Part shown: one piece after another, positions 48,667 to 58,453 of the stretch
How positions within the stretch are numbered: the stretch's first letter is position 1
How the letters are laid out: the number at the start of each line of letters is the position of its first letter
Assembly (NCBI GenBank): GCA_963779755.1
Contig: CAVZZO010000001.1
Span: 1,504,001-1,568,000, forward strand
Source of the DNA: an uncultured Gemmatimonadales bacterium
GTDB taxonomy: Bacteria; Gemmatimonadota; Gemmatimonadetes; Gemmatimonadales; GWC2-71-9
Direction: 5' to 3'
DNA: 64,000 nucleotides
Program-made: the position numbers and the translations under genes
Notes under the pieces: model-generated
Databases searched by the model: none
What the model saw: only the letters and a program-made list of their open reading frames with translations
What the model was told of the DNA's origin: nothing

Positions 48667-51270
48667 CTATTCCCGGTGCAGGCGCTCGCGGGCGGCTTCC
48701 CGGTACACCAGCTCGTAGGGCGACCGTTCCGCGATGGAGCGGTACCAGGGCGCCGCCTCGGCGGCCCGGTGGAGGCCCTGCAGGAGCGCGGCCCGGCGGA
48801 AACGGTCGAAGGCCTGGGAGTAGAATGGGCTGGTGACGGCGAGCTGGAACCAGGTATCGGCGCGGAGCGACTCCAGCAGACGCAGGGCAGTGTCCCGCTG
48901 GTCCCGTGCTTCGGCCACCACCGAGGCCAGGCTCAGGCCCAGATTACGAACGAAGTCCTCCGCCTGGTATGGCCGGTCCATCCTCTCGAGCTCTGCCTGG
49001 CGCGTGGCGGCCTCCTCGAGGCGCTGCTGCCGCTGCGCGACCAGGCCGAGGAGATAGAGCCGCAGATGGGGATGGACGCCGTTGTGGGCCGCGAAGGCGA
49101 GATGCTGGCTGGGTGGCGTGGCCGCGGCGTCCCAGCGAACGAGTTCCTGCTCGATTTCGTGCAGCTCATCGGGGTCGGGATCGAGGAACGGGAGCACCGC
49201 GAACAGCGCCCGGACCTCCAGCCCCCAGGATGGTTCCAGCAGCTGGGCTTCGCGCAGCAGGTTCCGCGCTTCCTGACGCTCCCCATGCGCCAGCAGCACG
49301 TGGGCCAGCACGATCAGCGCCAGCGCCCGCAGCTCGGGGGAGCGGATATCCGGCAGGAAGCCGCGCCCGAAGCGCTCGGCGCCCTCCAGGCTCCCGGTGT
49401 AGAGCGCCACGTCCGCGAAGGCGATGCCGATGGTGAGCGCCCGGGCCTGCGCCAGCGCCTGCAGCACCGCCGCCTGCTCCACCTCGTCCTTCCCGGCGAA
49501 AGCCCGGAGCGCCCGCATGGGGAGTGCCCGGTCTCCTTCAGGGCTCTGCCGCACGATGCGCTCGACCAGGGCGTCGCGCTCGGCGACGCGGCCTTCCAGC
49601 GCCGCGATGCGCACCAGATGCGCCATGGCGTTGACATGTGCGGGGTCCAGCTCCAGCGTCCGCTCGAAGGCGGCCCGGGCCTCCACCACCGACCGGCCCC
49701 GGAGCGGATTGCTGTGCACCCGGAGATCACCCAGGAGATACCAGGCCTCGAGATCGTCGGGATAGTTTCCGGTGATGGTGAGATAGAGACTCTCCGCCAG
49801 CGCGGCCGACCCCGACAGCCAGGCCCGCTGGGCGTCCAGCAGCAGCCGGTCGTGCGCGCCCAGCCGGGTACGGTGCAGGGCGGCGTGGCCGGCGGCCTCG
49901 CGCGCCAGCTCCGGCAGAGCCGCCGCAGCGCGAACGGCCGCGAGCCGGTAGTAGGCCACGGCGAAGCGAGGATCGTCGCTTACCGCCTGCTGGTAGGCAT
50001 CCATGGCCTCGAAGTAGCGCCCGTCCCGGAATGCATGCTCGCCCGCGAGCCAGGAGCGGAGCGCGCGGAGGGAGGTCGTGGTCAGAGCCGCAAGCCGGGC
50101 CAGGCGGCCGGCGGAGCCGCGGGGGATCTCGGCCAGCAGCCGGCGCACCAACGTGTCGACCAGATCGAACAGCTCCGTCTCGGCGCCGCCGCTCGCCTCG
50201 GCGCTCCCCAGCCTGGTTCCGTCGGCGTGGTAGAGTGTGGCGGTCAGCTGCAGCCGTCCCGCCGCCTCGATGATCGCCCCCTCGAGGTACATGCCGGCGC
50301 CGGTCCGTTGCGCGATCTCCCGCCCGGATTCTCCGTCCCGCGCGCCGGCCAGCACGGCCCGCGGATCCACCGCCCGGATCTGGCCCGCATGGTCCAGCTT
50401 GGCGCTCAGCAGATCCACCATGCCTTCGGCCAGGTATGCGAACGCGTCATTGCCGCGGATATTGAAGGGGAGGACCGCCAGCAGGTCGGCCGGCGGCCGG
50501 ACAGGCGGGGGGACAGAAGGTTGAAGGGCAGGCGGTTCGGGTGCCTGCTCGCGCATCCGGGCCAGGAGCAGGCGCGTCTCGGGCGAGGGCTCCACCTCGT
50601 AGGCGGCGCGGAGCCGGTCGGCGAAGAGATCATAGGCGCGGAGCGCCGCCGCGCGATCACCTCCCTGTGCCAGCAAGGTGGCCAGTTGCCGGAACGCGGC
50701 CTCATCATACGGGGTGAGCTCCAGCCGGCGCTGGGCCCAGTGCAACGCCTCAGTGCGCTGGCCGGTGCCGGCGGCGCGGTGGGCCAGGTCGCGGGCCGCT
50801 TCTGCGGCGCGGTCGCGCAGCCGCAGGCGCTCCAGCTCCAGCCACTGTTCGAACTCGGGCGTGTTCTGGAGAAAGAACCCCTGCAGCAGGTCGCCGGTGT
50901 AGAGATGCAGCGCCTCTGCCGGGCGGCCCCCGGTCAGGCGCTGTTCGAATGCCGCCGCATCGCACCAGACCAGCTCTTCCGCGACCGCCACCTCCTCATC
51001 CCCACGGCCGATAAGCGCCTCATCGCCCAGCGCCTGGCGCAGGAAATACAGGGTTCGGCGCAGTGCCGCCCGGGCATGGCCCTGGTCCAGATCGGGCCAG
51101 AAGAGCCCCATCAGGGTATCCCGGCGGTGGAAGCGCAGGGGCGAGGATACGGCGAGATAGGCCAGTACAGCCAGCCGCTTGGGTTGGCGCAACACCGTCT
51201 GGCAGGGGGTTCCGTCGGCTGCCCGGAGATCGAGCAGGCCAAGAGTCCGGAGCTGGATCGGCTGGGTCAC
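48667..51270 (-). CDS. SARP/BTAD-type transcriptional regulator with TolB-like and TPR regions
   Basis: LRTLG, QPKRLAVLAYL, RDTL.GLFWP, LYTGDLL, PYDE; LAVLPF...YLAEG; helical repeats. Start approximate. Confidence 0.88.
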   Translation of the reverse strand: MTQPIQLRTLGLLDLRAADGTPCQTVLRQPKRLAVLAYLAVSSPLRFHRRDTLMGLFWPDLDQGHARAALRRTLYFLRQALGDEALIGRGDEEVAVAEELVWCDAAAFEQRLTGGRPAEALHLYTGDLLQGFFLQNTPEFEQWLELERLRLRDRAAEAARDLAHRAAGTGQRTEALHWAQRRLELTPYDEAAFRQLATLLAQGGDRAAALRAYDLFADRLRAAYEVEPSPETRLLLARMREQAPEPPALQPSVPPPVRPPADLLAVLPFNIRGNDAFAYLAEGMVDLLSAKLDHAGQIRAVDPRAVLAGARDGESGREIAQRTGAGMYLEGAIIEAAGRLQLTATLYHADGTRLGSAEASGGAETELFDLVDTLVRRLLAEIPRGSAGRLARLAALTTTSLRALRSWLAGEHAFRDGRYFEAMDAYQQAVSDDPRFAVAYYRLAAVRAAAALPELAREAAGHAALHRTRLGAHDRLLLDAQRAWLSGSAALAESLYLTITGNYPDDLEAWYLLGDLRVHSNPLRGRSVVEARAAFERTLELDPAHVNAMAHLVRIAALEGRVAERDALVERIVRQSPEGDRALPMRALRAFAGKDEVEQAAVLQALAQARALTIGIAFADVALYTGSLEGAERFGRGFLPDIRSPELRALALIVLAHVLLAHGERQEARNLLREAQLLEPSWGLEVRALFAVLPFLDPDPDELHEIEQELVRWDAAATPPSQHLAFAAHNGVHPHLRLYLLGLVAQRQQRLEEAATRQAELERMDRPYQAEDFVRNLGLSLASVVAEARDQRDTALRLLESLRADTWFQLAVTSPFYSQAFDRFRRAALLQGLHRAAEAAPWYRSIAERSPYELVYREAARERLHRE

Positions 51271-51345
51271 CACGGAAAGCTGCGGTGAAAACCCGGAAAG
51301 GGTAGTCCCCGGGTCGAGCACCACCGGCCGGCGGCCGGAAAAAGA

Positions 51346-51430
51346 GGATGGTTGAAGGTCTCGTAACGGTTGGCCTGAGACTGCGAGGTTTCAGGGCAAT
51401 CGTCCGTTTCCTCCAACCATCCAACCTTCC
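51346..51430. repeat. Inverted repeat with octamer-like arm
   Basis: ggatggttgaagg / cctccaaccatcc(aaccttcc). Confidence 0.5.
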
Positions 51431-51559
51431 GAAGGCCGCGGGCTAGGGGGTGGCGGCCGACGGGAACAGTCTATTATCCGCCGCAGGGTGCCCGCTGTAG
51501 GCTGCATCACCGAACTCTGGCGGTTACCGGATGCGGTCAGGTACTGCTGCTGCCTCCGC

Positions 51560-52012
51560 TCAGGAGTGCAGCCTGTCGCCCTCGATTTCCCGGATGCGGG
51601 CCGCCACGCCGGCGGGAACGGCGCACTTCCGCCCCGCCGCATAATCATAGCAGACGATGAGCCCGCTGCCTTCGCCTGCTACGGCGTTCTGGCCGGCGGA
51701 GACGATGGCGTATTCCATGAGGAAGCGGTCCTCTTCCAGGCTGGCGGCGCGGCCTCCCAGATAGACCTGGTCGGGCCAGACGAGTGGCAGGCGGAAGCGG
51801 CAGGAGGTGGAGTGCAGGATGGCGCCCACCCGGTCGCGGTCCATACTGGCGGTGAGCCCGCAGGCCTCGAGATACGCCATGCGGGTGCTCTCGAAATAGC
51901 GGAAGAACACGGTGTTGTTCACGTGTCCATAGGCATCCATCTCCCCCCACTGGACCGGCATGGTCAGGTGGACGGTATAGCCGGCCAGCAGGGGGTGGGG
52001 TGCACCGGTCAT
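51560..52012 (-). CDS. Acyl-CoA thioesterase (4HBT-like)
   Basis: WGEMDAYGHVNN..FFRYFE. Confidence 0.93.
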   Translation of the reverse strand: MTGAPHPLLAGYTVHLTMPVQWGEMDAYGHVNNTVFFRYFESTRMAYLEACGLTASMDRDRVGAILHSTSCRFRLPLVWPDQVYLGGRAASLEEDRFLMEYAIVSAGQNAVAGEGSGLIVCYDYAAGRKCAVPAGVAARIREIEGDRLHS

Positions 52013-52590
52013 GCGGGAAATCCGGGATGGGTGCGGACGCGATCGGCCTGCTGGAGATGGCGCCGCTCGTGGGCCGTGATACTCGCAAATCCCTGTCCCA
52101 GGCTCAGGCGGAGCAGCCGGAAGAACGGGCTGGGAAAGCGGACGGCCCCGAGGTCCAGGCCGTTGGCCCGGCGCACCAACTGGATCAGTTCTTCCTGTAA
52201 CTGCTGGAACTCGGCCAGGGTGCGCCCGGGGTCCAGCTCGGGCGCGGGGCGGAGCGAGCGGGGGGCGGTCACCCGGAGCCGCGGTGGCGGCTCGAGATAC
52301 CAGATAAAGAGGCGCCCCATCCACCCGTGGCGGTAGGGCGGGTTGCCCAGGCGGCGGCGGGCACGGGCGTCCTCGATGATTCCGGTCAGGGTATCGCGGT
52401 ACTGATACCCCGTGCGATTCAAGTGGTCGAGACACTGGCCGATGGACCAGCGGTCCGGGCCCGGGCGCCAGTTGAAGCCGGCGGCGGTGAGCCCACCCGC
52501 GAGGTCTGTGGCGTGGAGCCCCGCCTGGTGCAGCTCCCGCTGGCGCTCGGCCAGCTCGCCGGCCAGCGCAAACCCGATTGTCTCACCCAT
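52009..52590 (-). CDS. DinB family protein
   Basis: WSIGQCLDHL; AHERRHL.Q. Confidence 0.9.
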   Translation of the reverse strand: MGETIGFALAGELAERQRELHQAGLHATDLAGGLTAAGFNWRPGPDRWSIGQCLDHLNRTGYQYRDTLTGIIEDARARRRLGNPPYRHGWMGRLFIWYLEPPPRLRVTAPRSLRPAPELDPGRTLAEFQQLQEELIQLVRRANGLDLGAVRFPSPFFRLLRLSLGQGFASITAHERRHLQQADRVRTHPGFPA

Positions 52591-52725
52591 GCTGCTGCTC
52601 CCGAGAGATCCGGCCGGAAGATACCGGCGGGTGCCGAGCGGGCCAACCGGCGCTTGGCGGCTCCGCGCCGCGGGGTTAGGGTTCTTCCCCCGGCGGCACT
52701 CCATGGGCCCGCTCTCCTCGAGGTC

Positions 52726-53610
52726 ATGCGCACGCGATTTCCCCGTGCCCGGCTGCTGGCCGCGGCCGTTCTGTTCTCCACCGGCGGCGCCGCCATCAAA
52801 TCCGTGGCGTTCTCCAGCTGGCAGGTGGCGAGCTTCCGCAGCGGCATCGCCGCGGTGGCGGTGCTGCTGCTGGCGCCCGCGGCGCGGCGGGGCTGGACCT
52901 GGCGCACCCCGCTGGTGGGTGTGACCTACGCCGCGACCATGGTGCTGTTCGTGCTGGCGAACAAGCTCACGACCGCGGCCAATACCATCTTCCTGCAGGA
53001 CACGGCGCCGCTCTATATCCTGCTGCTGAGTCCGCTGCTCCTGCGCGAGCCGATCCGCCGCCGGGACGTACTCTTCATGATGGTGGTGGGCTCCGGGCTG
53101 CTGCTCTTCTTCGTGGGAGCGGAGCGGCCCCTCGCCACGGCGCCGAATCCCTTCCTGGGCAACGTGCTGGCGGCGGTGAGCGGGGTGACCTGGGCCGGCA
53201 CCATGCTGGGCCTGCGCTGGATGGCGGTGGGGGCGGGCCAGCGCGAGGGTGCGGCCGTGTCGGCGGTGGCGGCCGGGAATATCATCGCCTGCCTGGTGAC
53301 TCTGCCGCTGGCGCTGCCGCTGCCCGCCGGCGGGCCGGCAGACTGGGCCCTGCTGGGCTATCTCGGCGTCTTCCAGATCGCCGTTGCCTATCTTTTCGTG
53401 GCTGCGGGTATCCGCGAGGTACCGGTCTTCGAGGCGTCCATCATTCTGCTGGTGGAGCCGGCGCTGAACCCCATCTGGGCGTGGCTGGTGCATGGCGAGG
53501 AGCCGGGGGTGTGGGCGCTGGCGGGTGGAGTGATCATCATCGGGGCGACCACCCTCAAGACCTGGCTGGATACGCGACGGGCGCGGATCAACCTGCGCAG
53601 TGCGGCGTGA
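52726..53610 (+). CDS. DMT/EamA family transporter
   Basis: About 10 TM segments; ANKLTTAAN.IFLQ; LVEPALNPIW. Confidence 0.92.
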   Translation: MRTRFPRARLLAAAVLFSTGGAAIKSVAFSSWQVASFRSGIAAVAVLLLAPAARRGWTWRTPLVGVTYAATMVLFVLANKLTTAANTIFLQDTAPLYILLLSPLLLREPIRRRDVLFMMVVGSGLLLFFVGAERPLATAPNPFLGNVLAAVSGVTWAGTMLGLRWMAVGAGQREGAAVSAVAAGNIIACLVTLPLALPLPAGGPADWALLGYLGVFQIAVAYLFVAAGIREVPVFEASIILLVEPALNPIWAWLVHGEEPGVWALAGGVIIIGATTLKTWLDTRRARINLRSAA

Positions 53611-53661
53611 GCGGGGAGCGGGGAGCGGGGAGCGGGGAATGGGGAATGGGGAATGGGGAGT
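53609..53661 (+). repeat. (GGGGAGC)n(GGGGAAT)n heptamer array starting at a stop codon
   Basis: Read directly from the sequence. Confidence 0.88.
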
Positions 53662-53694
53662 GTTGCCTTTGCCGCCCTGCCGTCTCGATCGGCC

Positions 53695-53723
53695 TTGATC
53701 GCCCCTTCCCGGGGTCTTAAATT
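53695..53723 (+). promoter_or_regulatory. Putative sigma70 promoter of the tRNA operon
   Basis: TTGATC-17 nt-TAAATT followed by a GC-rich discriminator. Confidence 0.6.
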
Positions 53724-53754
53724 GCCCCGGCTCGGAGCAGGTTGCGGGCAGCGT

Positions 53755-53829
53755 GGTGGTTGTAGCTCAATCGGTTAGAGCGCCGGACTGTGGCTCCGGA
53801 GGTTGCGGGTTCAAGTCCCGTCAGCCACC
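53755..53829 (+). tRNA. tRNA-His(GTG)
   Basis: G-1, stem GTGGTTG/CAGCCAC, anticodon arm ccgga-ctGTGgc-tccgg, TTCAA loop. Confidence 0.95.
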
Positions 53830-53833
53830 CTGG

Positions 53834-53911
53834 TCCGCAGATTACGCAGATTCTGCTGTCTGCAGAGACCTGGAATCTGCGAAATCAGCCGGAATCTGTG
53901 AAATCTGTGGA
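53834..53911. repeat. Nonamer-built inverted-repeat element in a tRNA spacer
   Basis: tccgcagattacgcagatt / aatctgtgaaatctgtgga; 17 nt identical to 41726-41742. Confidence 0.82.
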
Positions 53912-53913
53912 TT

Positions 53914-53986
53914 AGGTCCGTAGCTCAATTGGCAGAGCACCGGTCTCCAAAACCGGGGGTTGCAGGTTCGATTCCTGCCGGGCCTG
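53914..53986 (+). tRNA. tRNA-Trp(CCA)
   Basis: Cloverleaf; ccggt-ctCCAaa-accgg. Confidence 0.95.
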
Positions 53987-54037
53987 TTTGAAGGAAGGTG
54001 CGAGCCGGGCACGGTTCGTGGCAGGTGCAGGGAATGT

Positions 54038-54110
<73 letters not shown>

Positions 54111-54117
54111 TTCCCCC

Positions 54118-54189
54118 GGCCCCATCGTCTAACGGTCAGGACACCACTCTTTCAAGGTGGGAACAGGGGTTCGATTCCCCTTGGGGCTA
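54118..54189 (+). tRNA. tRNA-Glu(TTC)
   Basis: Cloverleaf; ccact-ctTTCaa-ggtgg. Confidence 0.95.
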
Positions 54190-54309
54190 TGCGAGGAGCC
54201 AGGAATCAGGAGTCAGGATTCAGGGGGGCGAACTCGACCGGGTGGTGGACGGCGGGGCGGGGCGGGGGTTGAAGGGCTCGACCGGTGTGGTGCAGGGCAG
54301 GAGGGCCGA

Positions 54310-54382
54310 GCGCCGCTAGCTCAATTGGCAGAGCAAGTGACTCTTAATCACTAGGTTGTAGGTTCGATTCCTACGCGGCGCA
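54310..54382 (+). tRNA. tRNA-Lys(CTT)
   Basis: Cloverleaf; agtga-ctCTTaa-tcact. Confidence 0.95.
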
Positions 54383-54417
54383 TGGTAAATACATTGCAGA
54401 TACATAGTCTGGTTTGT

Positions 54418-54446
54418 GGCGGCCACGATTGGCCGCCTGTTTTTTT
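54418..54446 (+). terminator. Rho-independent terminator of the tRNA operon
   Basis: ggcggcca-cgat-tggccgcc followed by a T-run. Confidence 0.88.
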
Positions 54447-54810
54447 GGGATGTGTGTGAATCATCTCCAACCCCCCAGCTGGAGAGGGATGGGCCATCTG
54501 GCCCTGGCGCAGTTGCTAGGCGGCGGTAGGCTCTTGCTCTGCGTGACGGCGGACCGCCATTTTCGAATCACGGTCAGGCGCCGGTAGATCCGGCACCCCC
54601 ATTGTCGAACCCTGCGCCACAGGCTATCTTGAGTGTTGCGACAGTCGCGCCAGCGGTGCGATGCTATTCCAAGGAACTGTAAGGGTCCCGGGAGTTACGC
54701 CGGGGCCCTTTCTGCTTCCTGAGCGGCCGCAGCCCCATCGTGAGGCCATATCACGAGTACCCGTCGCCGGGCCGGCCCCGGCGGTCGGAACACCACCAAG
54801 GAGTACGGCA

Positions 54811-55023
54811 ATGCGCACTACCGGTACCGTGAAATGGTTCAACGACGCCAAGGGCTTCGGCTTCATCACCCCCGAAGGCGGCGAGAAGGACTGCTTCGTC
54901 CACCACTCGGCCATCCAGGCCGACGGCTTCAAGAGCCTGGCCGAGGGAGAGCGTGTGGAGTTCGACGTCGTCCAGGGCCAGAAGGGCCCCGCGGCGGAGA
55001 ACGTCACCAAGGTCAGCGCCTGA
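54811..55023 (+). CDS. Cold-shock protein
   Basis: [41 protein letters not shown]. Confidence 0.97.
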   Translation: MRTTGTVKWFNDAKGFGFITPEGGEKDCFVHHSAIQADGFKSLAEGERVEFDVVQGQKGPAAENVTKVSA

Positions 55024-55104
55024 GCTGACGCGCCGCATCACGACATAGCCTTCGGGCCCCAGGGTACGGCGCACAGCCTGGGTGATCAACACTGCCACGA
55101 CGTT

Positions 55105-55149
55105 CGGCCCGGCCGGTGCTTCACGCACCCGGCTGGGCCGTTTGTCTTT
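55105..55149 (+). terminator. Rho-independent terminator after the cold-shock gene
   Basis: cggcccggccggtgc / gcacccggctgggccg followed by tttgtcttt. Confidence 0.8.
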
Positions 55150-55272
55150 CGGGCGATTCCCCTGCGAGCCGGAGGTGCAGCGCCGTTTCGATCCCGGAAT
55201 AGCATCGCAGCCGGAATCTCCTGAGCTCGACTGAGTCGGATTCAGGATGACCACGGCTCGTGACCCGGCAGG

Positions 55273-56346
55273 CTACTGTCTGGCGGCCTGCATGTCGCGG
55301 TGCTCCGACTCCAGTGATTCGCGACAGCATCCTGATTGCCAGAGGCTTGGCCTGCCGGCCCAAATAGCGCGCAGCCCTGCGCGCTTGATGTTCCCCACCG
55401 GCTCGGCATGGGAGCAGACACGCACATCGCCGTTCGCCTGGATCTGGAGCATGCCCAGGGCGGCACAGACCGGGGCAGGCGAGGCAAAGGAGTGATAGCG
55501 ATTCAAACCCTGCCCGTCGCGCGGAGCCTGAAAGTACTGCTGGATCCAGCGCAGGTCGGCTTCGGTGTTGGCGATGTGCACCCCCTGCCGCTTCAGCACG
55601 ATCAGGTCCTCGACCGCAGCCACCGCCGGGGCGGTTTCCCGGGGCCAGTTCTCGCTCGTCAAATACCAGGTGGGATCTTCCCGCGAGCTGTTATAGGGCT
55701 GTTCGATCGGTTGATAATAGATGTCCACGCCCTCGCGGGTGGCGAACCGCGCCAGGTCCGCCAGTTGGTCGAGGTTATGGGCCATGATCACGGTCTTGAA
55801 GCGGATCCGGTAGCGCAGGCCCCGCTCCCGGCGCAGGCACAGCAGGGTTTCGATCGATCGGGAGGTACGGTCGAAGAATCCCTCCCGGCCGCGAATCCGG
55901 TCATGCGCTGCGCCGAGGCCATCGAGGGACAGCGTAATCTGCCAGGGATTGGCAAGCGCCGCCTGCTCGATTCTGGATTGATCTCCCCAGTACCCGTGGG
56001 TGAGGAGCTCCGCCGCGAGCCCGATTGCGGAGGCATGGCCGACGATCGCGATAGTCGAGGAGCGGAGCAGTGCTTCTCCGCCGGTGAAGATGAGGTGGAC
56101 CGGCCCCAGCCACTGCCGGATCTCGCTGACAGCGGACAGCCACTGCTCCGGCGAGGGGCTATCCTCCTGGCCGCGGTTCTGCCAGATGTTGCAATGCACG
56201 CACCTGGCGTTACAGCGTTCGGTGAGCAGGAAGGCAATGGAGGTGGGGCGACACAGGTTGGCCAGGCGTCCGCCCCAGGCAGTCTGGAGCCTGGTGTTCG
56301 CGGCCGCGTACACGCGCTGATACGCTGCCTGCACGATGTCGATCAC
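55273..56346 (-). CDS. Radical SAM protein with SPASM/twitch-like C-terminus
   Basis: CNARCVHC; FTGGEALL; SLDG...HDRIRG; C...GDVRVC...GNI. Start uncertain (GTG 56346 chosen). Confidence 0.9.
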   Translation of the reverse strand: MIDIVQAAYQRVYAAANTRLQTAWGGRLANLCRPTSIAFLLTERCNARCVHCNIWQNRGQEDSPSPEQWLSAVSEIRQWLGPVHLIFTGGEALLRSSTIAIVGHASAIGLAAELLTHGYWGDQSRIEQAALANPWQITLSLDGLGAAHDRIRGREGFFDRTSRSIETLLCLRRERGLRYRIRFKTVIMAHNLDQLADLARFATREGVDIYYQPIEQPYNSSREDPTWYLTSENWPRETAPAVAAVEDLIVLKRQGVHIANTEADLRWIQQYFQAPRDGQGLNRYHSFASPAPVCAALGMLQIQANGDVRVCSHAEPVGNIKRAGLRAIWAGRPSLWQSGCCRESLESEHRDMQAARQ

Positions 56347-56605
56347 GAGAGCCCTTCGCCAAGGCATCCCTGCCACGCCGGCCGGTAAGGCGATCGGCCA
56401 CGGTTTGGCTTGCCCGCTCTCCACAAGATAGCCGGGTTCGCCGGGAAGCGCCTGGAAATCTTTGCAAGATTGATACCTGATAAGGCCATAGCGAGCCGCC
56501 GGAGTGCGTCGTGCTTGCCCGCCGTCCTCCTGCCACAATGCATTGAGCCCGACCATTGTCGAAAGGCCGCCGATTCTTCCGCTGCGCCCTCAACTTCCGC
56601 GAGTG

Positions 56606-56806
56606 ATGACCCCAGCGTCGAACGTGACGGTTTTCAATCTGGAAACCATCCAGCTGTCCGGTTCGGCTGAGCGCCCACAGGTTCTTCCCGACTCGAGCAA
56701 TGCCGCTTCAGTGCGCGGTGTATTCAAACTCGGTTTCTACGTATACGACCTGGACAGCGTCACCCGCCCGGGCCGCCGAGGGCCGGCTCCAGGGGGGATC
56801 GGATAA
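56606..56806 (+). pseudogene. Possible remnant of a VOC/glyoxalase-like gene
   Basis: LETIQL...RGVFKLGFYVYDLD resembles the middle of VOC-fold proteins; both ends are missing. Similarity is by recall only. Confidence 0.3.
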
Positions 56807-57040
56807 GAGGGTTGCGGCAGCCCCAGGGGCAGCTTGCACGATCCCAACCCTTTTTGCCGCCCGGCCGGTGACGCGCCTCACCGCCGAGCAGGGCCGTAAG
56901 ATGCGAATCTATCTTGGCTTACGGTGGGTAGTGCCGAGGCATGCATCTTGTAGACGACCGAGCCAGGCCGGTCCCTCATATCCCGAGTCCGGGCGTCCCT
57001 GGATCTCCCGGGGCCGCTTTCCCTTTGAAGGAGGATTTCT

Positions 57041-57541
57041 ATGCGACTGAAGCCCAGCACCATCCTGGTAGCCCTGTTCCTGACCCTCGGTGCGTCCACG
57101 CTGTCGGCGCAGGTTCGTTTCGGTGGCCAGTTGGACTGGGGCAGCGATTCGGACTTCGGGCTGGGTGCCCGGGCTCTGTTCCCCATCGGCGACGCGGTGA
57201 ATGTCCGGGGCCTCGATATCTCTGCCGCCTTCGACTACTTCTTTCCCAGCCACCCGGCGGGAACAGACCTCACCTACTGGGAAATCAACGGCAACGCTCT
57301 GTATAACATCCAGGTCCGGAATACCTCGCTGGCGCCCTATGTCGGGGCCGGCCTGAATATCGCCCATGCCAGCGCCGGAGTCACCGGCTTCGGCAGCGCC
57401 TCCAATACGGATGCCGGGCTGAATCTGGTGGGCGGGAGCTATCTCCGGCTCCGCAACAGCCGGATCATGCCCTTTGCGGAGGCCCGGGTCATCCTGGGCG
57501 GCGGCGATCAGTTCGTGCTGAGCGGCGGTGTGGTCTTCTAG
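57041..57541 (+). CDS. Small outer-membrane beta-barrel protein
   Basis: AAGGAGG RBS; signal peptide; PYVGAGL; terminal Phe. Confidence 0.88.
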   Translation: MRLKPSTILVALFLTLGASTLSAQVRFGGQLDWGSDSDFGLGARALFPIGDAVNVRGLDISAAFDYFFPSHPAGTDLTYWEINGNALYNIQVRNTSLAPYVGAGLNIAHASAGVTGFGSASNTDAGLNLVGGSYLRLRNSRIMPFAEARVILGGGDQFVLSGGVVF

Positions 57542-57582
57542 GTCTACAGTATCGATCAGACAGATTCATTGCGGAACAATCC

Positions 57583-57624
57583 AGGGGGCAGGGGAGCGGC
57601 CATTCGGCCGTTCACCTGCCCCCT
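57583..57624. terminator. Hairpin between convergent genes
   Basis: agggggcaggggagcggcc / ggccgttcacctgccccct. Confidence 0.65.
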
Positions 57625-57659
57625 CGGTATGTCGGTATGGAGGAATCAACCGGCGTGAA

Positions 57660-58343
57660 TCAGGGGACTCCTGCCTGCTGGCTGAGGTAGAGATTCACGC
57701 TCAGATCCGCGCTCACCGGCACGCTGCAGGCGCGCGCCGGTGAGCCGCTATCGGGTGTGGCCAGGATGTCGTAGACCCCGGCGCTCAAGCCGGCTACCTG
57801 AAAATGCCCGGCCGCATCGGTCTGCACTGTGGCCACGAGAGTGCCGCGAGCGCCGCAGGCCCAGCCGGGAAGTGAATCCGGTGGGAGCGGGAGGGTATCG
57901 ACCGGGATGGAGTCCACCGGGATCGAATCGATGGGAATCGAATCGACGGGGATCGAATCCAGCCGGAAGGGCCGGCCGACGGTCAGCAGGGTATCGGGTG
58001 GCGGCGGGAAGCTGTCCAGCACGCTGGTGTCCGGTGGGAACGGGAGGCTGTCCGGCGGGGGCAGCGAGTCGTGCGGGATGGTATCGATCGGAAAGGTATC
58101 GGGAGCGATGCTGCCGACCAGCCGGATCGCTACCGTGACCCCCGCGGCCGGCGTCGCCAGGCTGTCGCTGAATCCGGGACCGAAGGAGACGGTGTAGACC
58201 GTTCCCTCCAGCGTGATCGCCCCATTGGCGTCCGGAGGGAATCCCGCGTCGGCGACCTTGTCACTGGAGGGAGCAAGGGTGCAGCCGGCCGCGAGGAGAC
58301 CGAGGACGGTCAAAAGCGGGGTCCGTGGCGCGTGCATGGTCAT
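57660..58343 (-). CDS. Lipoprotein, transthyretin/CarboxypepD_reg-like fold with an inserted D[ST]xP repeat loop
   Basis: Lipobox AAGC; TDAAGHF.V.GL..G.Y; DSIPV-type pentapeptide repeats. Confidence 0.75.
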   Translation of the reverse strand: MTMHAPRTPLLTVLGLLAAGCTLAPSSDKVADAGFPPDANGAITLEGTVYTVSFGPGFSDSLATPAAGVTVAIRLVGSIAPDTFPIDTIPHDSLPPPDSLPFPPDTSVLDSFPPPPDTLLTVGRPFRLDSIPVDSIPIDSIPVDSIPVDTLPLPPDSLPGWACGARGTLVATVQTDAAGHFQVAGLSAGVYDILATPDSGSPARACSVPVSADLSVNLYLSQQAGVP

Positions 58344-58453
58344 GAGGAGGTCCTCGATGGGGCAAAAAAGGGCGTATACGTTCTCTGTCAGTCCAGACCC
58401 CGCTCAGGCGCCCAGCGTCACATCCGGAGATGATCACCGGCGACGCTGGTGGC

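Noticed and set aside
48643..51288. 881-aa plus-strand ORF
   Set aside because: Shadow of the BTAD regulator.
51324..51560. Riboswitch upstream of the BTAD regulator
   Set aside because: No recognisable aptamer consensus on either strand; only an inverted repeat.
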